Positions 22,136 through 32,088 of a stretch of 64,000 nucleotides of DNA are shown piece by piece. Each line of letters begins with the position of its first letter. The stretch's first letter is position 1. A model generated the notes under the pieces. The model did no database searches. It saw nothing but the letters and a program-made list of their open reading frames with translations, and was not told where the DNA came from. The stretch spans positions 91,464 through 155,463 of the forward strand of contig CAZXMN010000001.1 in NCBI GenBank assembly GCA_964641375.1. The letters are read 5' to 3'. The stretch is from an uncultured Candidatus Saccharibacteria bacterium (GTDB taxonomy: Bacteria; Patescibacteriota; CPR2; UBA1875; CAIMLA01). The translations under genes were made by a program, and so were the position numbers.

Positions 22136-23422
22136 TTATTTAGAACAAGTTTCGTAGAGATAGTCGAGGACTTTTTGTCCTACTACTGAATTCTCAATCT
22201 GATGTTTGGCCTCACTAGTTTGGAAATAATCTTCGGCTTGTTTAAGCTCAGGCCCTTGATAGATTTCTAGTTTACGTTTGATTGATTCATCAATTTCTTT
22301 TTCAGACGCAGTGTAGTTGCCAACTTTAGCAATATTTGTCAGGATAATACCGACCTTTACCCGTTTTTCAGCTTCAGGAGCCATCTCGGCTTCTATTTCT
22401 TCTTGGGTTTTCTTGGTAATTTCTAGATATTGAGCTAGTCCAATCCCTTGTTGTGCCAAATTACTTTCGGCTTCGTGCAACATTCTGTGCTGTTCTTGCT
22501 CTACGAGTGAACTGGGTGCCGTAAACTTTGTCTTCTCAACCAAGGCTCCTAAGATTTCGTCTTCTACACGACGCCTTTCCTGTAGTTCTTTGGTGAAAAT
22601 AAGCTGTTTCTCGATATCGGTTTTCAATCCTTCCATGTCTTTGAATGGTCCCACTTTTGCTGCAAATTCATCAGTCATCTCTGGTAAGATAATTTCTTCG
22701 ACAAAATGTAGTTTCACCCTAAAAGTTGCTTTCTTACCCTTCAGATTTTCGGCATGATAATCAGCTGGAAAAGAAACTTCGATATCCTTCTCCTCATCAG
22801 CCTTCATACCGACTACTTGCTCCTCAAATCCAGGAATAAAGTTCCCGGATCCTAGGACTAAGGGATGATTTTGACTTTTACCACCCTCAAATGGAACCCC
22901 ATCAATGAAACCTTCGAAGTCTATCTCGACTTTGTCGCCCAACTTTGCGGCACGTTCGACTTTGGTCGGAGTTGCTAGCTGTTTAGCAAGGTCATCTATG
23001 ACTTCCTGAATTTCCTTTTCGGTCACTTTGACAGCTTGCCTTTTAATCTGAATTTTCGTAAGATCTGGTAGTTTAATTTCCGGCATTATTTCAACCGTGG
23101 CTTCATAAGAAAGGCCATCGGTCGGCACAAATTTGAGAACCTTTACTTCTGGAGAACCGACTACCTCAAGTTTTTCACCAATGACGGCATCATAATATGA
23201 TTGCGGCAGAACAATATCGAGGATTTCGGCTTCGAAACGTTCGCTACCAATTTCCTTCTCCACAATGTTCTTTGGTGCTTTACCTGGACGAAAACCCGGA
23301 ATTTTCACAGTCGAAGCCAATTTTGCATAGACCTGTTCGCTTGCTAGGGCTATTTTTCCAGCCTCGACTTCTACTGTTAACTTTACTTTACCCTCTGAGA
23401 TATTTTCACGTGTTACTTTCAT
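22136..23422 (-). CDS. tig: Trigger factor
   Basis: 428 aa ORF with an N-terminal ribosome-binding domain (GFRPGKAPK) and an FKBP-like middle domain. Confidence 0.88.
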   Translation of the reverse strand: MKVTRENISEGKVKLTVEVEAGKIALASEQVYAKLASTVKIPGFRPGKAPKNIVEKEIGSERFEAEILDIVLPQSYYDAVIGEKLEVVGSPEVKVLKFVPTDGLSYEATVEIMPEIKLPDLTKIQIKRQAVKVTEKEIQEVIDDLAKQLATPTKVERAAKLGDKVEIDFEGFIDGVPFEGGKSQNHPLVLGSGNFIPGFEEQVVGMKADEEKDIEVSFPADYHAENLKGKKATFRVKLHFVEEIILPEMTDEFAAKVGPFKDMEGLKTDIEKQLIFTKELQERRRVEDEILGALVEKTKFTAPSSLVEQEQHRMLHEAESNLAQQGIGLAQYLEITKKTQEEIEAEMAPEAEKRVKVGIILTNIAKVGNYTASEKEIDESIKRKLEIYQGPELKQAEDYFQTSEAKHQIENSVVGQKVLDYLYETCSK

Positions 23423-23739
23423 TATTTCAGTAGTCCTTCTGCTTTAGCTATTAAAGTATCTTCATCCTGAAGCCCAACAATGGTTTCGACAACTTCGCCG
23501 CCCTTATAAGTAATAATGGTAGGAATACTCATAACACCATATTTCATGGCGGTTACACGCGCTTCATCCACATTAAGTTTGGCAAATTTCACCTTGTCTT
23601 CGTATTTGGCACTTACCTCTTCAAAGATTGGCCCCATCATTTTACAAGGACCGCACCATTCGGCAAAAAAGTCGATTATAACTGGAATATTGCTTTTTAG
23701 TACTTCGGCCTCAAAATTTTCGTCAGTAATATTCGTCAT
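23422..23739 (-). CDS. trxA: Thioredoxin
   Basis: 105 aa ORF with the WCGPC active site. Confidence 0.93.
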   Translation of the reverse strand: MTNITDENFEAEVLKSNIPVIIDFFAEWCGPCKMMGPIFEEVSAKYEDKVKFAKLNVDEARVTAMKYGVMSIPTIITYKGGEVVETIVGLQDEDTLIAKAEGLLK

Positions 23740-23810
23740 ATTTCCCCCATTCTTATCTATAAATTATACTCTCTAGCTTTCGGCTCCGAGAAAATTTTTT
23801 AATTTTGTCG

Positions 23811-23897
23811 TGGTGCCTCGGGCGAGACTCGAACTCGCAATTCATTTCTGAAACTAGTTCCTAAGACTAGCGCGTATACCAATTCCGCCACCGAGGC
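23811..23897 (-). tRNA. tRNA-Leu (anticodon TAG), type II with long variable arm, CCA encoded
   Basis: Hand-folded cloverleaf: acceptor GCCTCGG/CCGAGGC, T-arm GCGAG-TTCGAGT-CTCGC, anticodon loop CTTAGGA. Confidence 0.85.
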
Positions 23898-23947
23898 ACG
23901 ATGGGAACCAAACGATTTTAGCACTTTCAACAATTTTTTTCAACGGT

Positions 23948-24136
23948 TCAAATAGAAATTAAGGCCTGCATTTGAGAATACTTGGCTGGACCGATGCCTG
24001 AAACATCCATAATCCCATCAATTGATTTAAAGTTACCATTTTGAGTACGATAGTCCAAAATTTTCTGGGCTGTTGCGGGGCCAACTCCAGGAAGAGTGTC
24101 TAATTCTTCGAGTCCAGCCTTATTGATATTTACCAA
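23948..24136 (-). CDS. ComEA-like helix-hairpin-helix DNA-binding protein (minimal, 62 aa)
   Basis: LDTLPGVGPATAQKILDYR...VSGIGPAKY, tandem HhH motifs of the ComEA family. Confidence 0.7.
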   Translation of the reverse strand: MVNINKAGLEELDTLPGVGPATAQKILDYRTQNGNFKSIDGIMDVSGIGPAKYSQMQALISI

Positions 24137-24218
24137 AGTTGTTTTACTTTCAGTCGAGGTTCGAGGAGAACTACTCCGACTTGTTCGCGAATTTCAATTT
24201 TTCTCTCCTCAGTCATTA

Positions 24219-26267
24219 TTACTCCAGTGATAGAACGCTATCAAAATTACTCATTTTTGCGGCCAAAAGCGGAAAATCATTTATCTCGTTTTTGCCCAGG
24301 AACCTCTTTGCAGCTTCTCGACAACGGCTAATTAGTTCCAGATTCATTAGGTTCTTCATCTTGATGTCCGGTAACCCGTGTTGACGACCACCGATGAAAT
24401 CCCCAGGTCCACGAATTTCCAGATCAGCATCAGCCAACTTGAAGCCATCGTCAGTATGAACAAGGGCATTCAAGCGCTTCAAAGCGATTTCACTCTTTGA
24501 ACTAGTAAACAGAAAACAATATGACTGATGTTCACCACGTCCCACACGACCGCGGAATTGATGTAGCTGAGCCAAACCAAAATGTTCTGCGTCCTCAATT
24601 ATCATTATTGTGGCATTTGGTACATCAACGCCAACTTCTATCACAGATGAGGAAACTAGGATCTTAGTTTCGCCAGATACAAACTTGCTCATCGCTAGCT
24701 CTTTCTCCTCAGTTTTCATCTGACCATGAATATAGCCGACTGCGAAATCTGGGAAAACTTTGTGAGCCAGTTTTTCATACTCCGCCATTACCGACTTTCT
24801 TTCGTCTTCTTTTTCCTCAACAAGTGGACAAACCACAAACGCTTGGCGGCCTACTTCAATCTCTTTTTTAATAAAGCCATAACTATCCACGCGTTTCTCC
24901 TCTGGCACAATCCTCGTGATTACCTTCTGTCTCCCTGGCGGCAATTCGTAAATAATAGAAAGATCGAGATCTCCATAAAGAGTCAACGACAGAGTACGTG
25001 GAATTGGCGTTGCCGTCATAGAGAGGAAATGGGGCAATGTCTTCGTCGAAATACTTTCTTTTCTGAGAGCGGCGCGTTGTTCAACACCAAAACGGTGTTG
25101 CTCGTCTACAATTGCGAGAGCTAAGCGCCAGAATTCAACATCTTTTTCAAGAATTGCATGTGTGCCAATAATGACCTTTGCCTCGCCCTCCTTTATCTTT
25201 GTGAGCATTTCTACGCGCTCCTCTTTGGAGGTCGAACCGGTCAGAAGTAAACATTCTATTCCAATTGGACGTAATAAATCAGATAACTTCGCATAATGTT
25301 GTTTGGCCAATATTTCAGTTGGACAAAGTAATGCTACCTGAGAATCATTCGAAGCTACATCGGCCATAGCCATGGCCGCAACAACGGTTTTGCCGCTTCC
25401 AACATCCCCTTGAAGTAGTCTATTCATAGGCTCGCTTTTACCCAAATCCTGAATAATGTCCCAAGCCGCCTTTTTTTGGGCCCCTGTTAATTCGAATGGT
25501 AAACTTTGTATAAATTTTTTGATCAATTCTTCGTTATAAGGAACAGCAATCGCTTGCTCTTTAGCTAAATCTTTTCGTGCATTCAGAACTGCAGTTTGAA
25601 GTAGAAACATTTCATCGAAATCCAAACGTTCCATCGCTTTCCTTAGTTGGAGAGCGTTCTCTGGAAAATGTAATTGCCTGATTGCTGCCGGCAGGTCAAT
25701 CAATCCTTCACTTGTCTTTACTCCTTCCGGCAGGTAATCCTTGATACTATAAATATATTTCATAAGAGACTTTAGTTCGTTCCTAAGCCATTTAGAGGTG
25801 ATACCAGCAGTCTCTGGATAGACCGGAACAATTCTTCCTGTGTGTGTCGTCCCACTTTCTTCGTCTACTACCTTTTCATAAGCAGGATTTTGCATCTGTA
25901 TAGAACCGTAACTGAATTCAATTGCGCCGGCCAGAAATATCTCTTCATCAAGTTGGATATTCTTGGTCAAAAAAGGCTGATTAAACCAAACAACCTTCAG
26001 AAGTCCGGTACTATCAGCAATTATAGCCTGTGTCAAACTCAGTCCATTCTTCGTTCGTCTGTTCTCGATTTGTTTAACAATCCCGCGGACACTGACGGTC
26101 TCTCCCAGTCTGGCTTCACGAATCGGAACTATTTTCGAATAATCATCCCACCGCCTCGGCAAATACCAAAGGAGATCCTCGACAGTTTCAATGCCAAGCT
26201 TGGCAAGTAGTTGTGCGTGGCTCTGTCCAATACCTGCCACTTCAATAATTGGAGTCTTTAGATTCAT
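24219..26267 (-). CDS. recG: ATP-dependent DNA helicase RecG
   Basis: 682 aa ORF with wedge domain, GDVGSGKT Walker A, DEQHRFG and helicase C motifs. Confidence 0.9.
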   Translation of the reverse strand: MNLKTPIIEVAGIGQSHAQLLAKLGIETVEDLLWYLPRRWDDYSKIVPIREARLGETVSVRGIVKQIENRRTKNGLSLTQAIIADSTGLLKVVWFNQPFLTKNIQLDEEIFLAGAIEFSYGSIQMQNPAYEKVVDEESGTTHTGRIVPVYPETAGITSKWLRNELKSLMKYIYSIKDYLPEGVKTSEGLIDLPAAIRQLHFPENALQLRKAMERLDFDEMFLLQTAVLNARKDLAKEQAIAVPYNEELIKKFIQSLPFELTGAQKKAAWDIIQDLGKSEPMNRLLQGDVGSGKTVVAAMAMADVASNDSQVALLCPTEILAKQHYAKLSDLLRPIGIECLLLTGSTSKEERVEMLTKIKEGEAKVIIGTHAILEKDVEFWRLALAIVDEQHRFGVEQRAALRKESISTKTLPHFLSMTATPIPRTLSLTLYGDLDLSIIYELPPGRQKVITRIVPEEKRVDSYGFIKKEIEVGRQAFVVCPLVEEKEDERKSVMAEYEKLAHKVFPDFAVGYIHGQMKTEEKELAMSKFVSGETKILVSSSVIEVGVDVPNATIMIIEDAEHFGLAQLHQFRGRVGRGEHQSYCFLFTSSKSEIALKRLNALVHTDDGFKLADADLEIRGPGDFIGGRQHGLPDIKMKNLMNLELISRCREAAKRFLGKNEINDFPLLAAKMSNFDSVLSLE

Positions 26268-27451
26268 TATTTATCTAGTTTTATTCTTACGAATTTTCGC
26301 TTGCCTACTTGCAAGATAGAACCGTTTTGGGGTCTGATGACAGCTTCACGATCGCCGATAACAGCCGAATCTACTCGGACACCACCTTGCTCAATCATGC
26401 GGCGTGCTTCATTTTTAGAGACAACCAGTCCGGTAAAATGCATCAGTTCTGCCAATGGCCAGTTTTTATCGATAACTGAAAAATCTTTAATATCATCGGG
26501 TATTTCGTTTTTTACAAAAACTTGTTCAAAATTTTTATACGCTTCATCTGATGCTTTTTCGCCATGATATCTAGTAACTAATGCTTTTGCTAAAGTAATC
26601 TTGGCCTCACGTGGATTCATACCATTCGCAAGATCCTTCTCAATCTTTTTTATATCAGTTAGTGTCATATCAGTAACAATAGTCATATATCTGGTTATCA
26701 GACTGTCTCTAATCGACATTACCTTACCAAACATTTCGTTCGGCTTATCTTCTATATATATACAGTTGTCATAGCTCGTACTCATTTTGCGACCATCTGT
26801 TCCTTCAAGTAGTTCAAAGGTAATGACGTTCTGTTCTTTCTGACCATACTTTTTCTGCATAGTTCGTCCGGCGAGCAGGTTGAAAAGCTGATCATTACCC
26901 CCAACTTCAACATCGGCCTTTATGGCCACCGAATCGTAACCCTGTTGCAAGGGATAAAGTATCTCATGGAGACCAATCGGCTTATCCGCTTCCCATCTCT
27001 GCCAGAAATTATCACGCTTTATAAGTTGATTCACAGTGAAGTTCATGGCTTCATTCAATAGTTCGCCGGCAGTCATCTTGTCCCACCAATCAGAATTATA
27101 ATGAAGTTCAACTTTCTTCATGTCCAGAATAAGACCAAGCTGCTTCTTGTAAGTCTGCATATTATCTTTTATCTCGTCAGGAGTGAGGACTTGCCTTTCA
27201 GCCGTTTTATCCGAAGCATCGCCAGTTCTAGCCGTAAAATCACCAATAATAAGAACAATTTGATGCCCCATCTCTTGAAACTCACGAAGTTTCCAAAGCG
27301 GAATGGCACGACCAATGTGAAGTTTTGGCCCCGTCGGGTCAATCCCCAATTTGATTCGCAGCTTCTTACCGCTTTTTAGCTCTTTCTTGAGGTTATCTTT
27401 GACAATTACATCTGTAACGCCACGAGTCAATAATTCTTCTATCTTATCCAT
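26267..27451 (-). CDS. tyrS: Tyrosine--tRNA ligase
   Basis: 394 aa ORF with the HIGR (HIGH) and KMSTS motifs and a C-terminal S4-like domain. Confidence 0.9.
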   Translation of the reverse strand: MDKIEELLTRGVTDVIVKDNLKKELKSGKKLRIKLGIDPTGPKLHIGRAIPLWKLREFQEMGHQIVLIIGDFTARTGDASDKTAERQVLTPDEIKDNMQTYKKQLGLILDMKKVELHYNSDWWDKMTAGELLNEAMNFTVNQLIKRDNFWQRWEADKPIGLHEILYPLQQGYDSVAIKADVEVGGNDQLFNLLAGRTMQKKYGQKEQNVITFELLEGTDGRKMSTSYDNCIYIEDKPNEMFGKVMSIRDSLITRYMTIVTDMTLTDIKKIEKDLANGMNPREAKITLAKALVTRYHGEKASDEAYKNFEQVFVKNEIPDDIKDFSVIDKNWPLAELMHFTGLVVSKNEARRMIEQGGVRVDSAVIGDREAVIRPQNGSILQVGKRKFVRIKLDK

Positions 27452-27572
27452 ACCAGCCTTCCTTGACAGTTTAGGTATATTTCAGTATAATTCGTTAGTC
27501 CAAAAGTTGGACATATCATGGTTAATAATATACACTTTTCTTATATAAAATCAAAGAAAAATAGGAGCAGAA

Positions 27573-30224
27573 ATGCCTTTTGGCAGAAAAAGTTCTAGGT
27601 TCTCGGGGCAGAAATATTCTTCCTTCCCCAAAAGCCCGCGCTCATCCCGTAAGCCTGTAAAAAATACATACATTAAGTCATCCAGGCCGGCAAGGTCAGT
27701 AAGATCGACTCGTTCGACATCCGGTTTTAAGCTTAAAAACTTCAAATTTAGTGATATAAACCTAGCGAATATCAAGAAATTTTTTCGTGATCTTTTTACC
27801 ACGAAAGAAGGTTGGAAAAAAATTGGTTATACTGCGCTTGTTGGAATTGGTCTGATTGCAGCTCTTTTTATATGGTACGCCAAGGACCTGCCAAGTCCTG
27901 ACAAGATTAATGCCACTATGAGTGCTCAATCCACGCAGATCTTTGACAGAAACGGTAAGCTTCTCTATGAAATACACGGTGACCAGAATAGAATTCTGGC
28001 CGATTGGAGCGAGATCCCCGACAATGTCAAACACGCAACTGTCGCCATTGAGGACAAAAACTTTTACAGCGAAGGCGGCTTCAGCTTTACCGGTATTGCT
28101 AGAGCTTTTCTTGGTGTTGTTACCGGTGATCACGCTCTTGGTGGCGGCTCAACGATTACACAACAGTATGTGAAACTTACGCTTCTCTCGAATGAATACT
28201 CACTGACCAGAAAAATCAAAGAAATAATCCTAGCAACCGAAATCGATCAAAGGTACAAAAAAGATGACATCCTAAAAATGTATCTTAATGAGATTCCTTA
28301 CGGCTCAAATGCCTATGGTATCAAAGTTGCCGCAAAGACCTTCTTCAATGAAGATTTGAAGGATCTTGACCTTGCTCAGTCAGCGTTGCTGGCTGCTCTA
28401 CCAAATGCACCAACCTATTATTCGCCTTATGGTAGTCATTTAAGCGATCTAATGGATCGTAAAGATAAAATTCTGGACCTAATGGCTGATCAAAAGTATA
28501 TCACCACCGATCAGGCCAAGGCTGCAAAGGCCGAGAAACTCACTTTCTCCAATAATCCTTATGGTGCAATAACCGCGCCTCACTTTGTTGAATACGTTCG
28601 TGAGCAACTAGTGGCCAAGTATGGCGAACAAATGGTCAATGAGGGCGGACTCAAAGTCTATACCACTCTCGACCTGACGAAACAGGAATATGCCGAGCAG
28701 GCAGTCGACAATAATGTTGATAAGAACTTGAAAAGCTATGGCGCTACCAATGCTGGCCTAGTTGCTATCGATCCAAAAACTGGACAAATTTTGGCGATGG
28801 TCGGTAGTCGCGATTACTTCAACACCTCGATTGACGGCAATGTTAATGTCACATTGGCTGACCGACAACCAGGTTCATCTTTCAAGCCATTTGCATATGC
28901 CACCTTATTCAAACAAAATAATTGGGGACCAGGTAGTATAATCTACGACCTGAAGACCGACTTCGGTGGCGGCTATATACCTCAAAACTACAGTGGCAGC
29001 TTCTGGGGCCCGGTCACGATTAGGACTGCTTTGCAAAACTCGTTGAATATCCCTGCAGTCAAGACTCTTTATATGGCCGGCATAGATAATACTCTCGCCA
29101 CGGCTCATGCCATGGGGATTACTACTCTTAATGATCCAAGCCAATATGGACTTTCACTAGTCCTAGGCGCCGGTGAAGTAAAATTACTTGATATGACTAG
29201 CGCTTATGGGGTCTTCGCGAACCAAGGGGTTCAACAGGATAATACCTGGATGCTTCGAGTCGAGGATAGCAACGGTAAAGTTCTCGACGAATACAAGAAT
29301 AAGACTGGGAAACGTGTTCTTGACCAACAAGTCGCTTATCTCATTAGTAATATTCTTTCCGATGATCCTTCTCGCGCACGAACATTTGGTGCCGGCAGTG
29401 CTCTTACCCTTCCCGGTCGTCCCGTGGCTGCCAAGACCGGTACAACAAACAGTTATAAGGATGCCTGGACACTTGGTTATACACCAAGTCTCGTGGCTGG
29501 TGTCTGGTCGGGTAACAATGATGGTACACCAATGACATCGGGTGGTGGTGCTTTTGCAGCCGCTCCTATCTGGCATGACTTTATGGTCAAAGCCCTTGCT
29601 GGAACACCAGTGGAACAATTTACGAAACCAAGTGGCATAAAGACAGTTACCAACACTGTAGCGGGTCAAACCGTTACTGATATCTTCCCTTCTTGGTACC
29701 AGCCAACTGCTGCGGCTGGCGTCGGCCAGACATTGAAGATATATACCCCAGACGGCAAGATAGCTACCGATAAATGTCCAGCTGAGTTAGTTACAACCAA
29801 GACATTCACAACTATTACCGCCGAGATTCCAAGCTCAGATGGCGCATACTCTAGATGGTTCGCGCCGATAGCAGCTTGGGCCGCAGCTAACGGATTTTCC
29901 ACAGATACAAGCCAAATACCGACTCAAACAACTGATCAATGTAGTGGTGCCGATGCTCCATCGATTAGTATTGTTTCGCCGACAGGCACTACTTCCCTCT
30001 CATCGGCTTTCGACGTAGTCCTGGATGTGACCGCCCCAGCAAATGTGTCGAACGTGACTGCTACACTTGGTTCTACGGTTGTAAATGCAACATTAGATTC
30101 AATCAGTGGTAATTATATTGCTAAATTCACTGGAATTGTTAGCGGCAGTTATACATTGACCGCAACAGTAAAAGATCAAAAATACCAGACTGCTACCGGC
30201 ACCCTTACTGTTACGGTTAAGTAA
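27573..30224 (+). CDS. Class A penicillin-binding protein (glycosyltransferase plus transpeptidase) with a C-terminal Ig-like extension
   Basis: 883 aa ORF with a basic N-tail, a TM helix, a GT51 domain (ATVAIEDKNFY, GGSTITQQ) and a transpeptidase domain (SSFKP, KTGT). Confidence 0.9.
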   Translation: MPFGRKSSRFSGQKYSSFPKSPRSSRKPVKNTYIKSSRPARSVRSTRSTSGFKLKNFKFSDINLANIKKFFRDLFTTKEGWKKIGYTALVGIGLIAALFIWYAKDLPSPDKINATMSAQSTQIFDRNGKLLYEIHGDQNRILADWSEIPDNVKHATVAIEDKNFYSEGGFSFTGIARAFLGVVTGDHALGGGSTITQQYVKLTLLSNEYSLTRKIKEIILATEIDQRYKKDDILKMYLNEIPYGSNAYGIKVAAKTFFNEDLKDLDLAQSALLAALPNAPTYYSPYGSHLSDLMDRKDKILDLMADQKYITTDQAKAAKAEKLTFSNNPYGAITAPHFVEYVREQLVAKYGEQMVNEGGLKVYTTLDLTKQEYAEQAVDNNVDKNLKSYGATNAGLVAIDPKTGQILAMVGSRDYFNTSIDGNVNVTLADRQPGSSFKPFAYATLFKQNNWGPGSIIYDLKTDFGGGYIPQNYSGSFWGPVTIRTALQNSLNIPAVKTLYMAGIDNTLATAHAMGITTLNDPSQYGLSLVLGAGEVKLLDMTSAYGVFANQGVQQDNTWMLRVEDSNGKVLDEYKNKTGKRVLDQQVAYLISNILSDDPSRARTFGAGSALTLPGRPVAAKTGTTNSYKDAWTLGYTPSLVAGVWSGNNDGTPMTSGGGAFAAAPIWHDFMVKALAGTPVEQFTKPSGIKTVTNTVAGQTVTDIFPSWYQPTAAAGVGQTLKIYTPDGKIATDKCPAELVTTKTFTTITAEIPSSDGAYSRWFAPIAAWAAANGFSTDTSQIPTQTTDQCSGADAPSISIVSPTGTTSLSSAFDVVLDVTAPANVSNVTATLGSTVVNATLDSISGNYIAKFTGIVSGSYTLTATVKDQKYQTATGTLTVTVK

Positions 30225-30233
30225 GTTTTAGTC

Positions 30234-31097
30234 CTAACTAAAATTTCCTATTTTGACAACTTCAGGAATGAGCTGAACATTATATTTTTCTTCGACTTTG
30301 CTAGTAACAAACTTCTCGAGACTCACAATGTCATTTGCCGTTGCATTGTCTATATTTCGAATTACGTTCGCATGTAATGGGCTTATTTCAGCTCCACCAA
30401 TCCTATGACCCTTAAGTCCTAAACGATCAATCAGTTCACCAGCAGTTTCATCGCCCTGAGGATTTCTGAAATAGCTGCCGCAAGTTCGTCCGAGATAGCT
30501 TTGAACTCTTCTCTTGCGATCATCCAAAATAAGTTTCGTGAGCTCATCTTTGTTCCCCACCGTAAGCTCAAATTCAGCAGAAAGAATTACGATCCCATCT
30601 TTGCTTTTTATCTTTGAAGTTCTATAGCCGAAATCAAGATCAGCATTTGAAAAAGTTCTCTCTTCCCCATCATCCCAAACTCGAACAGATTTCAGAGTCT
30701 TGGCAATATCCCACCCGAGAGCCCCGGCATTTCCAGCAATTGCTCCACCGATAGATCCTGGGATTCCCGCTCCAAAATGCAGTCCAGCGAGCCCTAGCTC
30801 TATAGTTTCAGTTGCAAGTTTACCGAAGTTATATCCCGAATCGACTGTGACTTTCGCCCCTTCAATTTTGTATTCACTCGCACGATTAATAATTACAAGT
30901 CCACGGAAACCTTCGTCAGAAATCAATATATTGCTACCACCACCAATAATAACAAAAGGTATATTTTTATCATGTGCCCATTTTAGACCTGCGACTAAAT
31001 CGGTGAGTTTACTCACAGTTGTCAAAAAATCCGCGTTGCCGCCAACGCTCAGAGTAGAGTATTTTGCCATATTTACTTGTTCCTGCATTTCAATCAT
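30234..31097 (-). CDS. murB: UDP-N-acetylenolpyruvoylglucosamine reductase
   Basis: 287 aa ORF with FAD-binding domain motifs (VIIGGGSN, GAGIPGSIGGA). The start may be the internal MAKYST. Confidence 0.85.
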   Translation of the reverse strand: MIEMQEQVNMAKYSTLSVGGNADFLTTVSKLTDLVAGLKWAHDKNIPFVIIGGGSNILISDEGFRGLVIINRASEYKIEGAKVTVDSGYNFGKLATETIELGLAGLHFGAGIPGSIGGAIAGNAGALGWDIAKTLKSVRVWDDGEERTFSNADLDFGYRTSKIKSKDGIVILSAEFELTVGNKDELTKLILDDRKRRVQSYLGRTCGSYFRNPQGDETAGELIDRLGLKGHRIGGAEISPLHANVIRNIDNATANDIVSLEKFVTSKVEEKYNVQLIPEVVKIGNFS

Positions 31098-32025
31098 TGT
31101 GAGTCCTTGAGAAAAACATTTTACCAGCGCTCGTTTGAAGTGCTCTGCTAATCTTCACTTTCACTTCTTTGCCGAGATATTTGCTTCCATTTTCAACTAC
31201 AATCATTGTCCCGTCTTCTAGATAGCCAACACCCTGAGTTTTGTCTTTCCCAACATGTACAATCTTAATTGTTAATTCTTCACCGGGAAGATGATCGGGT
31301 CGGAGGCCTGCAGCTAAATCATTAATATTTAGTACCCTAACCCCTTCAGTACTGGCAACTTTATTCAAATTAAAATCTGTCGTTAGAAGGTCTGCATTTC
31401 GTTTCTTTGATAAACGAACAAGCTTATGATCTACGGCAGGAATATCAGGGAAATCATCGCTGACCACTACTAAATCTCCGTGTTTAATTTTTTTGAGTTC
31501 TTCAACGGCAGTAAGTCCCCTTCTGCCTTTATCGCGTCTATCACCGTCTTTCGAGTCAGCAATCCCCTGTAGCTCTGCAAGAACGAACCTTGGCACGATT
31601 AACTTCTGGGGTAAAAAACCACTTCTTGCAATAGCTACAATTCTCTTATCAATAAGCACAGATGTGTCTATGACACTTTCCGTTTTTATCTCATCATGTC
31701 GTTCAAAGAGATGAAGTGGCGGTATACGTAAGATTTTTTTCATATAATCAAACCACTTATCGAGTTGGGGTTGCAAGTTATTCAGAAGCAGGATCGCGAA
31801 AAGTACCGATATAAAACTACTGACTATCGGCAGGATTTCTCCATACAGACCTGGGAGTTTCGAAAGCGGTGCAGACAGTAACGCTCCGATGATGAGGCCG
31901 ATGATAACGGCAACCAGGTAGAGGAGGATTCGTCTCACTGAAAGCTTGGAAAAATTTTCGATTAGTCCAAGTACGATGATAAGCAGTGCGACGGAGATAA
32001 AGACAAAAGATATAATCGTATTCAT
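31090..32025 (-). CDS. Membrane protein with PIN and TRAM domains (YacL-like)
   Basis: 311 aa ORF with N-terminal TM helices, a PIN-like core (VIDTSVLIDKRIV) and a C-terminal TRAM-like beta domain. Confidence 0.7.
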   Translation of the reverse strand: MNTIISFVFISVALLIIVLGLIENFSKLSVRRILLYLVAVIIGLIIGALLSAPLSKLPGLYGEILPIVSSFISVLFAILLLNNLQPQLDKWFDYMKKILRIPPLHLFERHDEIKTESVIDTSVLIDKRIVAIARSGFLPQKLIVPRFVLAELQGIADSKDGDRRDKGRRGLTAVEELKKIKHGDLVVVSDDFPDIPAVDHKLVRLSKKRNADLLTTDFNLNKVASTEGVRVLNINDLAAGLRPDHLPGEELTIKIVHVGKDKTQGVGYLEDGTMIVVENGSKYLGKEVKVKISRALQTSAGKMFFSRTHND

Positions 32026-32060
32026 TTGTATATCTATTATCCTACATGGGTCAAGATATG

Positions 32061-32084
32061 AAAAGAGGCCTTTTCGGCCTCTTA
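32061..32084 (-). terminator. Intrinsic terminator downstream of nusA
   Basis: AAGAGGCC-ttttc-GGCCTCTT hairpin followed by a T-rich tract on the minus strand. Confidence 0.55.
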
Positions 32085-32088
32085 CTGA

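Noticed and set aside
24139-24384. 81-aa plus-strand ORF between the ComEA-like gene and recG
   Set aside because: It overlaps the recG C-terminus on the opposite strand and has phenylalanine/serine-rich low-complexity composition.
27452-27572. T-box leader upstream of tyrS
   Set aside because: The divergent spacer shared with the PBP gene is only about 120 nt, too short for a T-box. No T-box consensus (AATTAGAGTGGAACCGCG-like) was seen.
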